Counted from the stretch's first letter, positions 1 to 13,755 are shown. The stretch is 64,000 bases of DNA from Fimbriosthenelais zetlandica (GCA_977030845.1 OZ365112.1:25420001-25484000); one strand, 5' to 3'. Numbers and translations: made by a program. Notes: generated from the sequence alone by a model not told the origin.

Positions 1-965
1 TCGAATAACCAAAATAGTCGTGGTCAAATTTACCAAAAGGTTGTAGGAACCCTATACAATGTCATGGCATAACAATAAAACTGAAGTCCGGCTGCATATG
101 GTCGTAAACCCCTGTGGCCTCAGCAATGTGGGTATCACAAGAGGTATGGGACTATTTGCAGACGTCGTTCAGTTTTATCTAAATAATCATTATTTTATGT
201 TGATGCTTCGCTTGAAGGTTTTCTCAGCACCATCCAATGTCCTTAAAAATGTTGCCAAATCCTTTCTAGGATACACTTTGGGTAACAGTAAATTATTTTT
301 TTAAACAAAAAAACATAAAAAGTAAAGAAGTATTTCTCTGAATTTCATCTGAGACATTTAAAGAAAACCTAGTAAGAAAAGGACCACATTTGCACAATGT
401 ACACAATGTGACATACATGGATATATACATTAGAGTGCCTCACACACACCTGCACTGAATTGCTGTTCCTAAAGGAACACATGATATGTGCATTCGTAAT
501 ATAGTATTAGCTAGCAAAGCAAAATATTTATGAAATAAATTTATAACTATTTCTTATAGATTATAGATTTATATAGATTTGAATTTATAATTATGTAAAA
601 TCGGGAAGACCCGATGGTCGGCAAGGAATTTATAACAAGATAATTATCTTTAACATTGTGTATAGTTTTGTGGAATAAAATGTGTTAAAGATTTGTATTA
701 TTAGGACCCAAAGGCCAATAGATGTAAAATGGATAAACAGGTATCACTTAAAGGGGGCGGGCAGTAGATAGCTTGGAAAGATAACTCTTGAAAAGGCTGT
801 ACATAGTTGGGAGAGATCCATTAAAGTGGCCATAGATAGATGAGAGTAGTACTAGATCATTGGGATATACATATTAAATTGATTAAAGTGGAAATATATC
901 GTTAGGATATACATATTAAAGTATCAGTAGATAGTTATATTAACCTGTGTCGCCTTTGTTTACAG

Positions 966-3900
966 GGAACACTCTGTCCTCGCCAGTCCTCCCTCACACA
1001 CACCTTAGCCTCGCGACTCACAGCTCTCTGGCGACATGTTCGACATTCTAGACACACTTTCGAAAATACCCCAGATACAGGTATGTATGTCCATATTATT
1101 AATTAATTAATTCCTTCATTCCTTCATTCCTTCATTCATTCATTCATTCATTCATTCATTCATTCATTCATTCATTCATTCATTCATTCATTCATTCATT
1201 CATTCATTCATTCATTTTTGACAGGTTTCCTGGGTAAAGCGTTCACACGTCACCTGAACAGAATCTGGAACTACGGTATGAAGGGAGGTTTAGGCAGCTT
1301 CCTGCTCGTTCTAGTCTTCCCCCTCGTCTGCCTACTGGGCTCTACCCTCTCCCTAGTCGCCGGCCTCACAGCTCCGTTGTGGTAAGTCAATATACATGTA
1401 TTAGCATAACCTACTGGTCCTCTTACATCAACGTTATCAATATTTTTACTTTTATATCCTTTTTTTAAAGGAAAACTGTCAGAACTTTGACTCTAAATAA
1501 TTCCGAATAATATAGTCTTGAAACATTCAGTATGGAAATATTGAACTATTTAAGCATGTGATTTTAATGAATTTTTAAATAATTGCTTTTTAATTTCAGG
1601 ATGCCGGTAGTGACGTTGTGTGTTCATCTGTTTGAGGTGGTCATATTTGACTTTGACCATCAAGGTTAGTAGTTTTATTCCTGATGAAGATGACCTAGAA
1701 ATTATCAAAATAAAATGACTTTATTATAGATTATGTATCAAACAGATTATACTGTAGGTGCCCTCAAGAACATGACACTTTGAGAAATTGTTTTAGAGGT
1801 GTTCACTAATGGATGTTTTGTTCTGTTTTAGATGGCAGTAATAAGATCCTGTACCTGTGGGATGTACTCATCTGGAAGTTTCTCATACAGGGCTGTTTAC
1901 AGCCTATAGGCGCTCTCATTGCAGGCCTCGTCGCCTGCCCCATAGCCGCCTTGTTCATACAGCTGTGTAAGTCATTATTATATTTTTTGATTTTATATAT
2001 CATTTGATTGATAGTTGTTAAATTTGACTGGTACAACTGTATTTGATTGATATTTGTTGTTATACTGATACAACTGTATTTGATTGGTATTTGTTGTTAT
2101 ATGACTGATAGTAGTATTTGATTGATAACTGTTGTTATAATATATGACTGATACTAGTATTTGATTGATATTTGTTATATTTGATTGGTACAGTTGGAGT
2201 GATAAAGCGGGGGTGTCGAGCTATCTGGGATGCCTTCATGTTTCATGCCATCATTAAGAAGCGAGGCCGCGTGCCCTCCAGTAACACCTTTATAGCGCGG
2301 AGAATAGCTGGTCCCGGCCTCGCATCCAACTACTTTTACCAGGTACGTTCACACTCCAAATATCTCACACCTCAATGACCAAATAGGGATAGATCAAGAT
2401 GGAAACGGAAAGATGGATAAAGAGGGAGAGTGAGAGAGAGGGCATCGAAATAGAGGGAGGGAGATAGACACAGAAATGGGACAGACATAAAGGAAGAGAG
2501 ATCAAAAGCCATGTAGTATGATACTATAGCTGTTAATTTTTACGTTGAGAGCTGTTATTAACACCTATTTAACACCTACAGATCCACCCTGAGCAAGCTC
2601 TAGCAGCTGTAGAGGCGCAGATGGAACTCCATGAGCTCAAAGCATGGTCCGCTAATGTAGCGACGGTCGTGGAACAACCCATGAACGACTACACGTAAGT
2701 CTATACATCTCTACTTGATACATGAAAATATTTGTTCACAATGTTACTTTGTTGATCTGATCAATATGTATTCTAAAATGTATGGCTGTCTTTGCTTTTG
2801 CAGTAAGTTTGTGACGCGGATATTTAAGCCGTTCTCCTCGACTATTTCGGTGACAGGAGTTTACGAAGATTTGAGTCGAGAAACGAAAAACCTGCACCAA
2901 AAGCTCGACACTTCAGTCAACCAGTAAGTGGCTCACTCGTTTATTTAATATTTTTAATTTCTTAAATTCCTGAAGCATGGAAGTACATGTATATGGTTAT
3001 TATTTGCTCATTTCAGGAGGAAGAAAGCCTTGAAGACAGGATTGTCATCAACCTTGAAAGACCGTATCAAATTAACCAGTCGAGAATTGAAAGTAAGTTC
3101 TAGGAAAACGAGGTTTCAATACTTTTAACGTCTTCTCTAATCATAGGGAGCCGTATACGACTCCTCAAGAACTTTGTATCATTTCCATAGCTCTATTTCT
3201 CACCCCCTTTTCTCACGCCTCTATTTCTCACACCCCTCAGGTGACTGTCACACAGACAGCTAAGATGTTGGAGAGTTTTTACCCTGACCACGTGATCCGG
3301 CGGTTGGGGGTGAGTGAGCAGGAGTTCTGGGAGGAGCGTCATCTAGACGTGAATGACTGGCAGGGTCTGGCCACCCAGGTCCTCTGTGAGACATTCTCAG
3401 CCTCCTTCCTCTCACCACTCGAGGAAACAGATACATGCTTTAAGCTTGAGGTAAGTAGTGCTTGTCTCCCATAGAAAATAATTTTTAGAAATATTTTAGC
3501 CCGACCGTGATTCAGACGGTCTTTGGCGAGAGGCATGAAAAGATTTCTTTTCATTTCAATTTATTTTTTCCAGGTGAAACATCTGAATATGACCCGTTAC
3601 CTGGAGATGTTAAAATCTGCCGAGTTCAGAGATGACTTGGACGTAGTTAGTGCTGTTCACACTCCTAAAGGTATTCATTCATTATGTACAAATTAATCTG
3701 AGTTAAAGAGGCATGTAAATGGCCAGCCATGTCTCCCACTTCTGTAATGTTAACCTAAACAATCATGTATCAACCCTAATAGTAATTGATCTTATTTCCA
3801 CTTGTAGGTGATATAGATGTGGATGCTCCACGTATGGATATTAATCTATTTAATCCATTCAAACCCAACATGAAGTATGCCGATTACTATGCACCAAGGT

Positions 3901-4901
3901 AAGCTCTCATATTCCATGCTTCCTCATCTGGTCAGTCATTCAAAATTCATTAAAATGTGAAATAATATAATGAAATTCGTTTTAACAGGAGACCGGTTCG
4001 TTGGCCTAAACTATGGAAGAAACCAATCATGCTCTTCTCAGATATAGCTAAACTAGAGATACCCCTCCACATACCACACCCGGCCTTGATATCTCTACTA
4101 ATCTACAACAGGTCAGTCTTAATCTACTAGATAATCTCTTAATAGGTTACCTGGAAATCAAATTCCCAAGTAGGGTCTGAATTTACTAGTCCATCTACAC
4201 ATAGTGTTGTTATCTGGATTATAAAAAGCCTGCCGTGTCTCCCATTGACTTTGGTTAGAGGCATATAAAATAACCATTCTATAATTCAAGAAAACAAGAA
4301 TTAATGATGAAAATAAAGCAATGAATGACGTTTGACTTACAGAGAGGAGGACCAGGAGCCGATCGACCTGGAGGACCAGTGGGTGGAGCGCATCCTGCGA
4401 TCAGCCGAGGCCATGCCTTACATCGACGTGCGCGAGACGACCATGGTAGACCTATACGACGTCGACCCGGACCTCAGCACCCCGGACCACACCACCAACT
4501 CCGAGCCTGACGCCCTCATCTCACACCTCGCCGAGCAGGAGCGAGCCTTCTCCGAGGATAACATGCATGAACACACCCCGGACAGCCTTGGTCGTCCCGG
4601 CGGTGGTGGAGGGAGGGTGGTGGCACCAACTGCCGCCATCTCCATCGACATTCACAGTGAAGACGGGGAGTATAATCTACGCGAGGCCGTGGTGTACCGC
4701 GAGGCCGCAGTCGATAACTCCTGTGTCGTCAATGTTGGTGATGGGGATGGTGGAGAGTATAGTGGTGGACGGAGGAGGCGGAGAGATAGTGATGAGGATG
4801 AGGATGAAGGGGAGGGGGATGATGGGGAGTTCGTGGAGGAGGAGGAGGATGAGGAGTCGTTTAAGGAATGCTACCCCAACATGGCTAATACCTTACAATG
4901 A
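966..4901 (+). CDS. Uncharacterised multi-pass membrane protein, 5'-truncated (13 visible coding exons, ~669 aa visible) with acidic C-terminal tail
   Basis: Exons 966-1080, 1225-1381, 1600-1664, 1832-1966, 2194-2342, 2582-2694, 2804-2923, 3017-3092, 3241-3450, 3574-3670, 3808-3898, 3989-4111 and 4343-4901 all have AG/GT boundaries and join in one open frame (2010 nt incl. TGA). The product reads GTLCPRQSSLTHTLASRLTALWRHVRHSRHTFENTPDTGFLGKAFTRHLNRIWNYGMKGG..., then hydrophobic segments (LGSFLLVLVFPLVCLLGSTLSLVAGLTAPLW; LIQGCLQPIGALIAGLVACPIAALFIQLF), and ends in an E/D-rich tail. No start exon was identified in the window and no family name is assigned. Confidence 0.9.
1111..1216. repeat. (TTCA)n microsatellite in intron
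   Basis: Long TTCA run (TTCC variants at its 5' end) ending at the polypyrimidine tract of the acceptor at 1224. Confidence 0.95.
2003..2190. repeat. Degenerate ~38-40 bp minisatellite (TTGATTGATATTTGTTGTTATACTGATACAACTGTAT-like), about 5 copies, intronic
   Basis: Recurring TTGATTG(A/G)TATTTGTT(G)TTATA motif up to the acceptor at 2193. Confidence 0.8.
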
Positions 4902-4989
4902 TATATAGGCCCGGCACCCTGATGAGGTCAGGGCTGCGGCACTGTACTGGTCAGCGGCAGGGCTCGGTGATAACACTGCACTGGTTCAC

Positions 4990-5230
4990 TCTGTAATACC
5001 CCTACCCCACCCCTACCCACCCCAAATAGACACCTTCCTCTAATCCCAGCCCCAACACCAACCAACCCACCCCAACATCCCTGCCCACCCCAACACTCCC
5101 ACCAACACTCACCCCCAACAACCAAATTCCGCCTTCCTCCCCAACCACCATTCTGCACCCCTTCCCTTAATCCCATCCATCCATCCCCAAGTACCCCTAC
5201 CCCTACCTCTACCAACCCCTGGTACCCTAG
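4990..5230. repeat. C-rich low-complexity tract (CCCA/CCCCA) downstream of gene 1 stop; G-quadruplex potential on - strand
   Basis: Many C3-C5 runs separated by A/AC spacers. Confidence 0.7.
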
Positions 5231-5828
5231 CTTTTAGCTTCTAGTCTCAGTAAGCACTGGGCAACTTTATGAACCATCCCTAACGCAACCCTAACTTTAA
5301 TGTCAAGTTCTTGGCCGTTGGGTCGTTGTTGTGAAGGCCCTCCTCCCTCCCCCTCCTCACCCAAGATAACCAACATCACCTGTGATCCTCCCACCCTACC
5401 TGATCCATGAAGAACGCTGCTACACTCAAACAAACCAACAACCAAAAATACAAACTAACAAACAAACGAACAGACACAAACGAACAAACATAGCTGACGT
5501 GCCATTAGGGATAAAACCACTACCTTTATTCCTCCTTCACGAAGTATGCTCACATGTATGCGTAGACATGTAGGCTATGCGTAGACACGTATGTGTAAAC
5601 ACATATATACATGTGAACACGTACGTGTAAACGTGTAAATGCAGGAGTGTTGTCAGCACTGATATATGTGTGTACGGCATTGGATTATAAGATTGTGTGA
5701 ATGGGGCGCGAGTTGATTCTAGCACCAACAAAAAAATAACAACGTCTGTTTAATATTCGTGGCTAGTTCAGTGTTACTGTAGAATCCTGAGGAAAGTTTC
5801 ACGTAGGAAATCACTGAGAAACACATTA

Positions 5829-5933
5829 CAGTAAAACCTCCAAATAGGGAACTCTCTGAGGGAGTGAGAAAATGTGTTCACTATTATGGAGGTGTTCCCT
5901 AATCCGATGTGTTCACGCATGTAGGTTTTACTG
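5829..5933. mobile_element. MITE family A copy (Tc1/mariner-pogo-like, TA target)
   Basis: TA-CAGTAAAACCTC ... AGGTTTTACTG-TA ends; internal GTGTTCACTATT(A)TGGAGGTGTTCC motif shared with the other copies. Confidence 0.8.
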
Positions 5934-6176
5934 TAGTTTATCAGTGATAGGTGTGATTGAGGCGCGGATTTAGATTATCATTTAAGCTGGCCTGTTAGGA
6001 TGCTGATTTTTGTATTGATTATGTTTCTAGATCGGCCTATGCATCCACAGTTTTGAAATTATATTTCGCATTTCACCGGTTCATCTTTTTTGTATTCTCT
6101 CTGGCTGACCAAAAGCATCCTATGCCCCAGAAGAAATCCTGAACATCTTTAGATCATGTTTGGTTGTGTTGATCCA

Positions 6177-6355
6177 CAGTAAAATCTCTCTATAGCGGAC
6201 ACTTAGAGGACTGACAAGTGAAAAGAAAGTGAGGTAAGTGTTCACTATACGGAGGTGTTCCCTAATCAGAGGGGGCCGTATACTACACCTCTAGAACATG
6301 GGATTCTGAAAAAATGTTCACTAAACAGAGGGATCCACACCTTGAGGTTTTACTG
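6177..6355. mobile_element. MITE family A copy
   Basis: CAGTAAAATCTC ... GAGGTTTTACTG-TA; internal CTAATCAGAGGGGGCCGTATACTACACCTC. Confidence 0.75.
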
Positions 6356-6766
6356 TAGGTCTTTTCTTTTACTGAGACAAACTCCGTATTTATGACATAA
6401 TTTATATTAATTGAAATGATGACATTAAATAATTATAAGTAGGGATACAAAGGGCGATCCTTGGTTGGTGCTTCATATATGCTAGGGCTATTATTATATA
6501 ATATATGCATATAAACTATATATACACACGTAAATATATACTCAAATACTGGTTGATGTGATATACTATGATTTTTTATGGAACCTATTTATTAATGCCA
6601 AGTGCATTTAGTGAGTGAAGACACTCCCTCACGGCTGGGCAGGTGCTAATCTATCCCGTATATTAAATATATAGCCAGCTTTTTCTTCACTCGGCCTTTC
6701 ATTTGAGCCTTCACTTTAGTTGATGTCAAATCCAAACTGTTTCTTCATGTTTCGTCACTTGTTGTA

Positions 6767-6910
6767 CAATAGAACCTCTGTCTTTGGGGGAAATATTCAT
6801 TGTATGAAGGTGTTGGCTAATCAGAGGGAGCCGTATTTGACACCTCAAGTATTTGGCACTGTGCAAAAGTGTTCACTATATGGATGTGTTCACTGATGGA
6901 TGTTTTTCTG
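6767..6910. mobile_element. MITE family A copy, degenerate ends
   Basis: Internal CTAATCAGAGGGAGCCGTATTTGACACCTCAAGTATTTGGCACTGTG and GTGTTCACTATATGG match the family; the TIRs are decayed. Confidence 0.7.
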
Positions 6911-8034
6911 TTTAACTATTGTTCACTGATCCTGTCCTCACTATGTATGTATACACCCTAATGTTTTCTCACATACCTGTTATGCGTCCAACGGAAAGAC
7001 TTAGCACTGAATATCTGTCAGCTTTGCACAGCCTAGGTATCTGATTTCCACCCTATATAAGACTTGAAATTATTACTAAATATTTAGGGAAAACGCATTG
7101 AGATAAATAGTCTTAAGGAAATAATTCCGGGACGGTGTAGTAAGATTTTGCTCGAGGAAGAGTCCATTCTTGCCTGGGGAAGGGGAGACGGTATGACCTA
7201 TAATAACTGGTCTCATTTCATGATAAATATTACAATATAAGATTGTCGGATGGGCCTTTGAATAACACTCACTCAAAAGCTGGTTCCGATGAGCTAGAAA
7301 TCCATAGAAACATAAAAAGGATCGAAGATGTGCAATATATAAACAACCATGTACTTCGTGTGATACGATTCAAGACCTTGGGAATGTGAATAAGTTATTA
7401 AGTATTCATTAAATAGAAGTGTTCCCTATTCAGAGGTAAAGGAGGTCTTACTGAAATCTAAGCTGAATAGGTATGAAAGCAAATGTATATCTTGATTTTT
7501 AAAAATGACCCAACGATTGCATTCTGCTGATGAACTATTCTCGTGGTCATATTTTTCTTCAAAGTATATTCGTTCATTTTAAAGAAAGGAAGATATTTAT
7601 TAGGTGGGTAGGGGAAGGTTCATCTAAAAGAATATTTTTAAAATGAGTACGCAAATCTTGAACCATGTTGAACCAGATCATATTTAGTAGATTATTACCA
7701 GTAGTAGACATATAAATATTCATGAGGTATATTAATATTCAACTGTTACACTACACCACTTGCTATAGAAACCTGTAGAAATCTACCCCGACCTATATAT
7801 GTCTGTTGACGATGATGATCTATTGCCATGGAAACCGAAGTGAAAATAACATATTCACTCTCATAATTCATTTCATAGTAGGCTGCGTTATTCTTAGCAT
7901 AATCAACTTCTTGCCAAATATGAAATGACATTATATATAAAAGTTAGGTGAGAAAGATTGGCATTAGAATGTACATAATCTGTGGATATACAAAAACATA
8001 TATGTGTGTGTGGTGCTTGATGAACCTATAAATA

Positions 8035-8211
8035 CAGTAAAACCTCGGTATAGTAGACGATTTGATAAATGAAAAAGTGTTCACTATATGAAGGTGTTCC
8101 CTAATCAGAGGGAGCCGTATACGACACCTCAAGAACTTGGCACTGTTAGAAAGTGTTCACTATATGGAGGTGTTGGTTAATGAGGGGTGTCCACTTTTGG
8201 AGGTTTTACTG
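8035..8211. mobile_element. MITE family A, best-preserved copy
   Basis: Perfect 12-bp TIR CAGTAAAACCTC / GAGGTTTTACTG flanked by TA on both sides; core GAGGGAGCCGTATACGACACCTCAAGAACTTGGCACTG; no ORF. Confidence 0.9.
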
Positions 8212-8526
8212 TATGTCTCTGTAATCGAGCTCGAGTCTCAGCTATGTCCAGTGTGGTGGGTAGTTGAGGCATGATGATGCATATCAGTGGGGTTTAATGT
8301 ATGTAATAAGCTATAACCATTTACCCTTCTTCCTTTGGAACGCACACACAAATACTAAAACCCAGTTATCATTGTACTCCTCTAGAAAATGGAATTATGG
8401 AAATGAGTTTTGTGAGACTGGGATTATTATTTCGGATCTGAAGAATGAGCTGGCTTTGTGCTGGAGGTTCTTCATGTGTTGTCTGTTATAGTGTTGAAGA
8501 TGTGTTCGTTTATAGATATACAAGTA

Positions 8527-8681
8527 CAGTAAAACCGCATTATACTGGATGCTTGAATGGCAACTGGGAAAGATATTCACTTTATGGAGGTGTTCCCTTA
8601 TCAAAGGGAGCCGTATACGACACCTCAACAACTTGGCACTTTTAAAAATCTGAAGTGTCCATTATAATGGAGGTTTAACTG
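8527..8681. mobile_element. MITE family A copy
   Basis: TA-CAGTAAAACC ... GAGGTTTAACTG-TA with the same GGGAGCCGTATACGACACCTCAA core. Confidence 0.85.
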
Positions 8682-10108
8682 TACTTTCTTCCCCGCTTAG
8701 TACGTCTGATGCGACGAGAGCGTGTAATGGTCGTAACGGACACCTCAAGGTCATAGAAATAACGTCAAGTTGGTAGAAGTGACGTCAATGTCTGTTCTAT
8801 TCTCTATGATAACAAATCTTGCTCACATATTGGACAAATGTCACTTGGCTTCTAGATTTTATATTTTCTACTAAAAAAAAAAAGAGAAGTCGCAGAGCTT
8901 AAGTGTGTGGTTTTAGATGAGGGAACAAATTAGGTGGATAGTGCAAAAACATAAAACATGTACATTATTGCACTGAGCAGTGAAGCGTGATTTCACCAGT
9001 GTGCTTGAATATGTCAAATCCTGAATCTCAGAATCTCTTTCCTCCTCCCTTTGTTGTCTTCAGGCGAATCTAAGCTCAATATGAAATGTAATTAGTCCCA
9101 TGAATATATCTACATAAATATCTATAGAATTGTTAAAAGTTGTGGTTCGATGTTGACACTGTCTAACCATATAGATCTGATATATGTATTAACACAATTG
9201 CACAGTATTTTTAAATGTACTTTCTTGTTTCCTGAAATCCCTAATTTTGTTTTACTTGTATCCCCGCAAAGGTAAATTTTGCAGAGTATATTTTTATATG
9301 CAATAAGAAATTAATTTGTATGTCATTTATTAATTTGCAATATTATTTAATGTACATCGACATGTAGGTTGTTTTTCTTAAATCAGAAATGTACATATGA
9401 AAGTGGATATGATTTTGATGATATTTTCTACCTATGATTGTTGCTTGTCATATTTGTTCAGTAATCATCAGATATCTGTAGTGTCTAATTTCATTTTAAA
9501 AATTATTTATACGATGGTTTGGTATTAATTATAAAGAGCCTAATCTGTCTGAATTTATCCAAGGGAACAAAGCTTGGGAATGTATGGGTGACATATATTT
9601 TTAAATTTTGAGAGGTTCCCAATTACACATACATGTACTAAAATGAATTTGCATCCCTGTAATCTAATCTTTAGATAATTTATAATGAATTTTCACTGAG
9701 AAATTAATCATACAAGAAATTATAAGAATCTGTTCCAGTCTTGTTGCTGTTATCTGGATGTTAGTGTTGTTGGCTCTACTCATCTGAGAAGTGGAAATGT
9801 TAAACAGGTTTTCTCACGTTAAAGAAAACTTAAATCATATCTTGATATTCTAAATTGAAAATAACAAACCTAATGCGAGTTGTGCAATCTGTTTGTGAAT
9901 TTGATACCTGGGGGGAAATGGTTGTAAGTACCAAGGTTGCGGGGTTTTGTAAAATTGGTTCAATGTCAAATGAAATATTGTACTCAAAACCAATGTTAGT
10001 GTGTGTAGTAATGAACATTGTTAAGTCCTGGTTATATGAGTGGTGCATCTGTTAGGTAGATCCCCCATCCCTCACCCCTGTACATACTCACACACTTAAT
10101 GTACCATA

Positions 10109-10334
10109 TAGTAAAACCTCAGTGAAGTGAACACTTTTGACTGACAAAAACTTGTTCACTAATCTATATGGAGGTGATCCCTAATCAGAGAGAGCTGTCT
10201 TGCACTATGAGAAAGTGTTCACTAATTGGATGTGTTCCATAATCAGAGGGAGCTGTATACGCCACCTCAAGCACTTCAATGGCACTGTGAGAAAGTGTAA
10301 AATCAGTGGTGTACACTCATGGGAGGTTTCACTG
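10109..10334. mobile_element. MITE family A copy with internal duplication
   Basis: TAGTAAAACCTC ... GAGGTTTCACTG-TA; the core CTAATCAGAG(A/G)GAGCTGT occurs twice. Confidence 0.8.
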
Positions 10335-11149
10335 TATTATTTGTGAATCTTAGGTGATCATTTATATATAGGCGCTTGACTTGCGTTGTTTGATTATTTT
10401 TTCTAGAGAATCTCTACGTTTTCAAGCCTTGAATTTGTGAGTTCTTGGTGCAATACTCATGACAAATGTGGAATTTTCATTTAACCTATAGTATGATGAA
10501 TTAATGAATGTATAATTATGAAGGTATTTGACTGATGAAATCCTACCCTAGCTTTATATTTTGTGTGTGTGGTGTGCGTGTGTGTGCCTATACACTAAAG
10601 CCGCTGCAGATTCATAACGAATTACCAACCGGCAAATTGAAATCTAGTCCTTGAAAGTTAGTTGCTGGGTCGTATATATATACGTTCAGAAATAAGCATT
10701 TCTTTTTATATTCGTTTTGTTTTTACTAGTGAGGTGGTTTTGCAGTTATTGATGGCATGAATGTCCCAGCTTGATCGTCTTAATTAAAACTACCACATGT
10801 AGATGTCTGATGAAGCATTTTGATGCACGTGCTTGAGAGATAAAGAAAGCCTTCATGTAAATGTGTTAATAGATATTTGTACATAATATATATAAACCAT
10901 ATCTATATATATACTTACTAACCCCGTCTTCAATATGTATGCTCTGTATGACCATTTTTTTTTACACTCTGTGAAAGTCTGTAAAATTATTCAAGTGGGG
11001 ATAATTTCTAATTTCGTTTTAATGAGTTGTTCACACACAAGCTCGTCGCCCTCATGATCGGATTTTCAACTCTTGACTGTTGCAAGGCTGTTGTTGACGG
11101 AAACTGTATGTTTGTTGAGCTTTATTGTTGCCAGACCAGCGCTAAAATA

Positions 11150-11383
11150 CAGTAAAACCTCGGTATAGTGAACACTTTGGGGACTGTGGAGAAAGTAGAT
11201 CTATATGTATAATATTATATCCAGGTGTTCCCAAATCTAGGGGAGCTGTATAAGAAATCTCAAGAACTGGGGACTGTGAGATCGGTGGTGTTCCCTAATC
11301 AGAGTGATATGTGTGAAAAAGTGTTCACTATAATTATTGAGGTGTTCACTAATCCGAGGTGTTCACTAATGGAGGTTTGACTG
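11150..11383. mobile_element. MITE family A copy
   Basis: TA-CAGTAAAACCTCGGTATAGTGAACAC ... GAGGTTTGACTG-TA. Confidence 0.85.
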
Positions 11384-11869
11384 TATGGATATTCTGGCGG
11401 AGATGTATTGAGATATATTATATATACTGAAATGCCTTTGTCTAGTCTTGACTAATCATGCAAGTACGTCGTGTGGAATCATATATATTATGTCGGTTAC
11501 AAAAATAAAATGAATTTGCTGCCTGTAATATAGTCAGAATGGAAAGGTTCTAAGTGAAAAGCATTCCCAGTGGAAGCAGCTTTTAAAGTATAATTATAAA
11601 GCTTTATATCATTATAATAATGTGTGGTTTGACTTTCACAGCCAAGTGTTCCACGGAAAGATTTACAAAGAAAATGATTCATTTTTAATCTTCATGGCCG
11701 TCACCAGAATAATTTTTTAAAACCTGTACATTTAATGATTTTATCAATAAATGAGGGTTCAGGCCCTTACTTTTGGTGGAACATTTGCTTACTCGTCCTT
11801 GTAATTCATGTAACTTATTTCGTTTGGAGTAGGCATCTACCGTATATAGGATGTATTGTGATCCTTTTG

Positions 11870-11939
11870 AGACTGGGGTAAGGTTTTTACTATATAGAGG
11901 TGTCCCTTATTGAAAGGTGTTCACTAATAGGTTTGACTG
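11870..11939. mobile_element. MITE family A 3' fragment (other fragments at ~1750-1825, 3137-3176, ~7420-7455)
   Basis: ACTATATAGAGGTGTCCCTTATTGAAAGGTGTTCACTAATAGGTTTGACTG-TA matches the family right end. Confidence 0.6.
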
Positions 11940-12833
11940 TATATTTCATCAACAAAATTAAATACCGCGTCAGATTTTGTGAATATTTTATTATAAAATT
12001 ACATTATTTACTGAGAGTAGCACCTCTCCAGTGAAATTAGGGCACATTTTTGCATCGTGGGACAGTTTCCCTATGTTATAATATTCCTTATATAATTTCA
12101 TTCAGTAGGTTTATAAAATGATGTCCTACAATTTTGTGCTATTTATATACACTATTTCTACAATGTTAATTAAATTCTGGATTGTAAAATAAGCAGGTAG
12201 CTCCCTTAGTAGATTAAAATCATATTTATAAAAAAAAAATAACATGTTAGGTTCAAATGAACCAAGTAATCAGTAAAATACATAAAGAGGTATTTACATT
12301 ACATTCAAGACTAACACCTTATGTACATGTACCTTTTTGTAGTAGAATGCAACATTTGTATGGAATGATTCGGGTTCAAAATACTATAATTATGTCAAAA
12401 TTTGAATCGTGAAATGGACAGTTCCAAGGGCAGGAAAGAAGAATACAATAGAAATGAAGTTTTCCCTGCTTACAGTTTTAGGAACTAGGATTTATAAAAA
12501 CATTTTCAATTGGAATGTGAACATTTATAAACGCACTTGATATGACAATTCTTATTAACGATGAATATAAATCTTAAGGCTAGTTGGGGCTGTCTCTGCT
12601 TCAAGTTTTGGTCAGGATTTCCTTTAAGTTACACTAGAAAGTGAAAACCTTTACATCTGACACATTGGAAGAGTGAGAAGGTGAAATTTTCAAAGAAATG
12701 TTGTCTGAAAGATTATGAATCCCAAAATTCTGTTATCAGACTCTTGCATGCCTCTGTGCTCCCCAAGAATCTTATGGCTTCCTATTGTGTCTTCTATTTT
12801 GTTTCTTTTGTGATCCACACACATTTCTAGCTC

Positions 12834-13755
12834 TCACCTCCGCCATTGGAGGTAAACAATTATTGATGAGAGAGTGAGCAGTAGAATGTTGACTTGAGAG
12901 AGGCTGGAGGCTGTGTTACAATGGTCGTTAGCACATGTGTAGATACAGGCCCTGTAGACACGGTCATGATCAGGGTATCTGATAAACTGACACTGGTTAC
13001 CCATGTCACGAGAGCTACAAAACCTAGTCGTTCCTACCACACCTGGAATAGTGAAAAACAGGACATTTATATCATTATAGGGTAAATATTTAACAATTTA
13101 TTCATATCCCTTGTCCTGTGATATTTGGTATAATGTAGTCTATGTGGCTTTAAGATTGTACGTGTCAAAGATTGTAATACTGGGAAACCTGAGGATTTTC
13201 ATTTTTATTATTTTAAGTTTATTCAAAAGTTGTGAACACTTACCTCCCCATACACCTGTGGTCTTTATACAATACTGGGCAGCATCAACAGCACATTCTT
13301 CAGATTTCACTGTCAGTGAATTTAGATTCTCATGGTCGAAAAACTCTTTACAGTCGGGGTCATTCTTAGAGTCGCAATTATAACAACTAACTGCTGACAC
13401 TGAAAGAGTAAAAGGTATATTACTGTAGTGAAGGTCTAATAGCCTATGCTATATATCCTATCTCAGACTGAGCTTTGAAGCAGAATCAAACTAAATCCAG
13501 TGGAAATTATTATAAATATAGCTACACAGGGACACTAATATTATGTTATCCTAACAGCTAACTATTTTCATGGAGAATTCGAAGAGGAAATAGCATAGTT
13601 TGACAATATATCAGGATGAGGAATTCCCAAAACATACTCATGTAAAAGTAGGTCAGTGGATTCTCACCTGAACATGTCCCAATAATTAATTAAATCTTAC
13701 CTGATCTGACCGTGATCGCCAGTAAAGCGACTCCTATGAGTACCCACGGATTCAT
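12834..13755 (-). CDS. Quiver/sleepless-type Ly6 (three-finger, QVR-like) GPI-anchored protein, 139 aa
   Basis: Exons 13755-13701 (signal peptide MNPWVLIGVALLAITVRS), 13399-13244 (VSCYNCDSKNDPDC...EEC...YCIKTTG) and 13042-12834 (RFCSSRDMGNQC...RACIYTCANDHCN plus a hydrophobic GPI-signal-like tail) join in frame (420 nt). The cysteine pattern and terminal CN are typical of invertebrate LU proteins. Confidence 0.92.

Noticed and set aside
59-304. 81-aa ORF as an upstream exon of gene 1
   Set aside because: The best donor (143) is phase-incompatible with the exon at 966; only a weaker donor fits and the peptide gives no supporting signal. Left unassigned.
9034-9095. Strong orphan acceptor (CTCTTTCCTCCTCCCTTTGTTGTCTTCAG at 9063)
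   Set aside because: Followed by only ~10 codons, and no matching donor could be justified.
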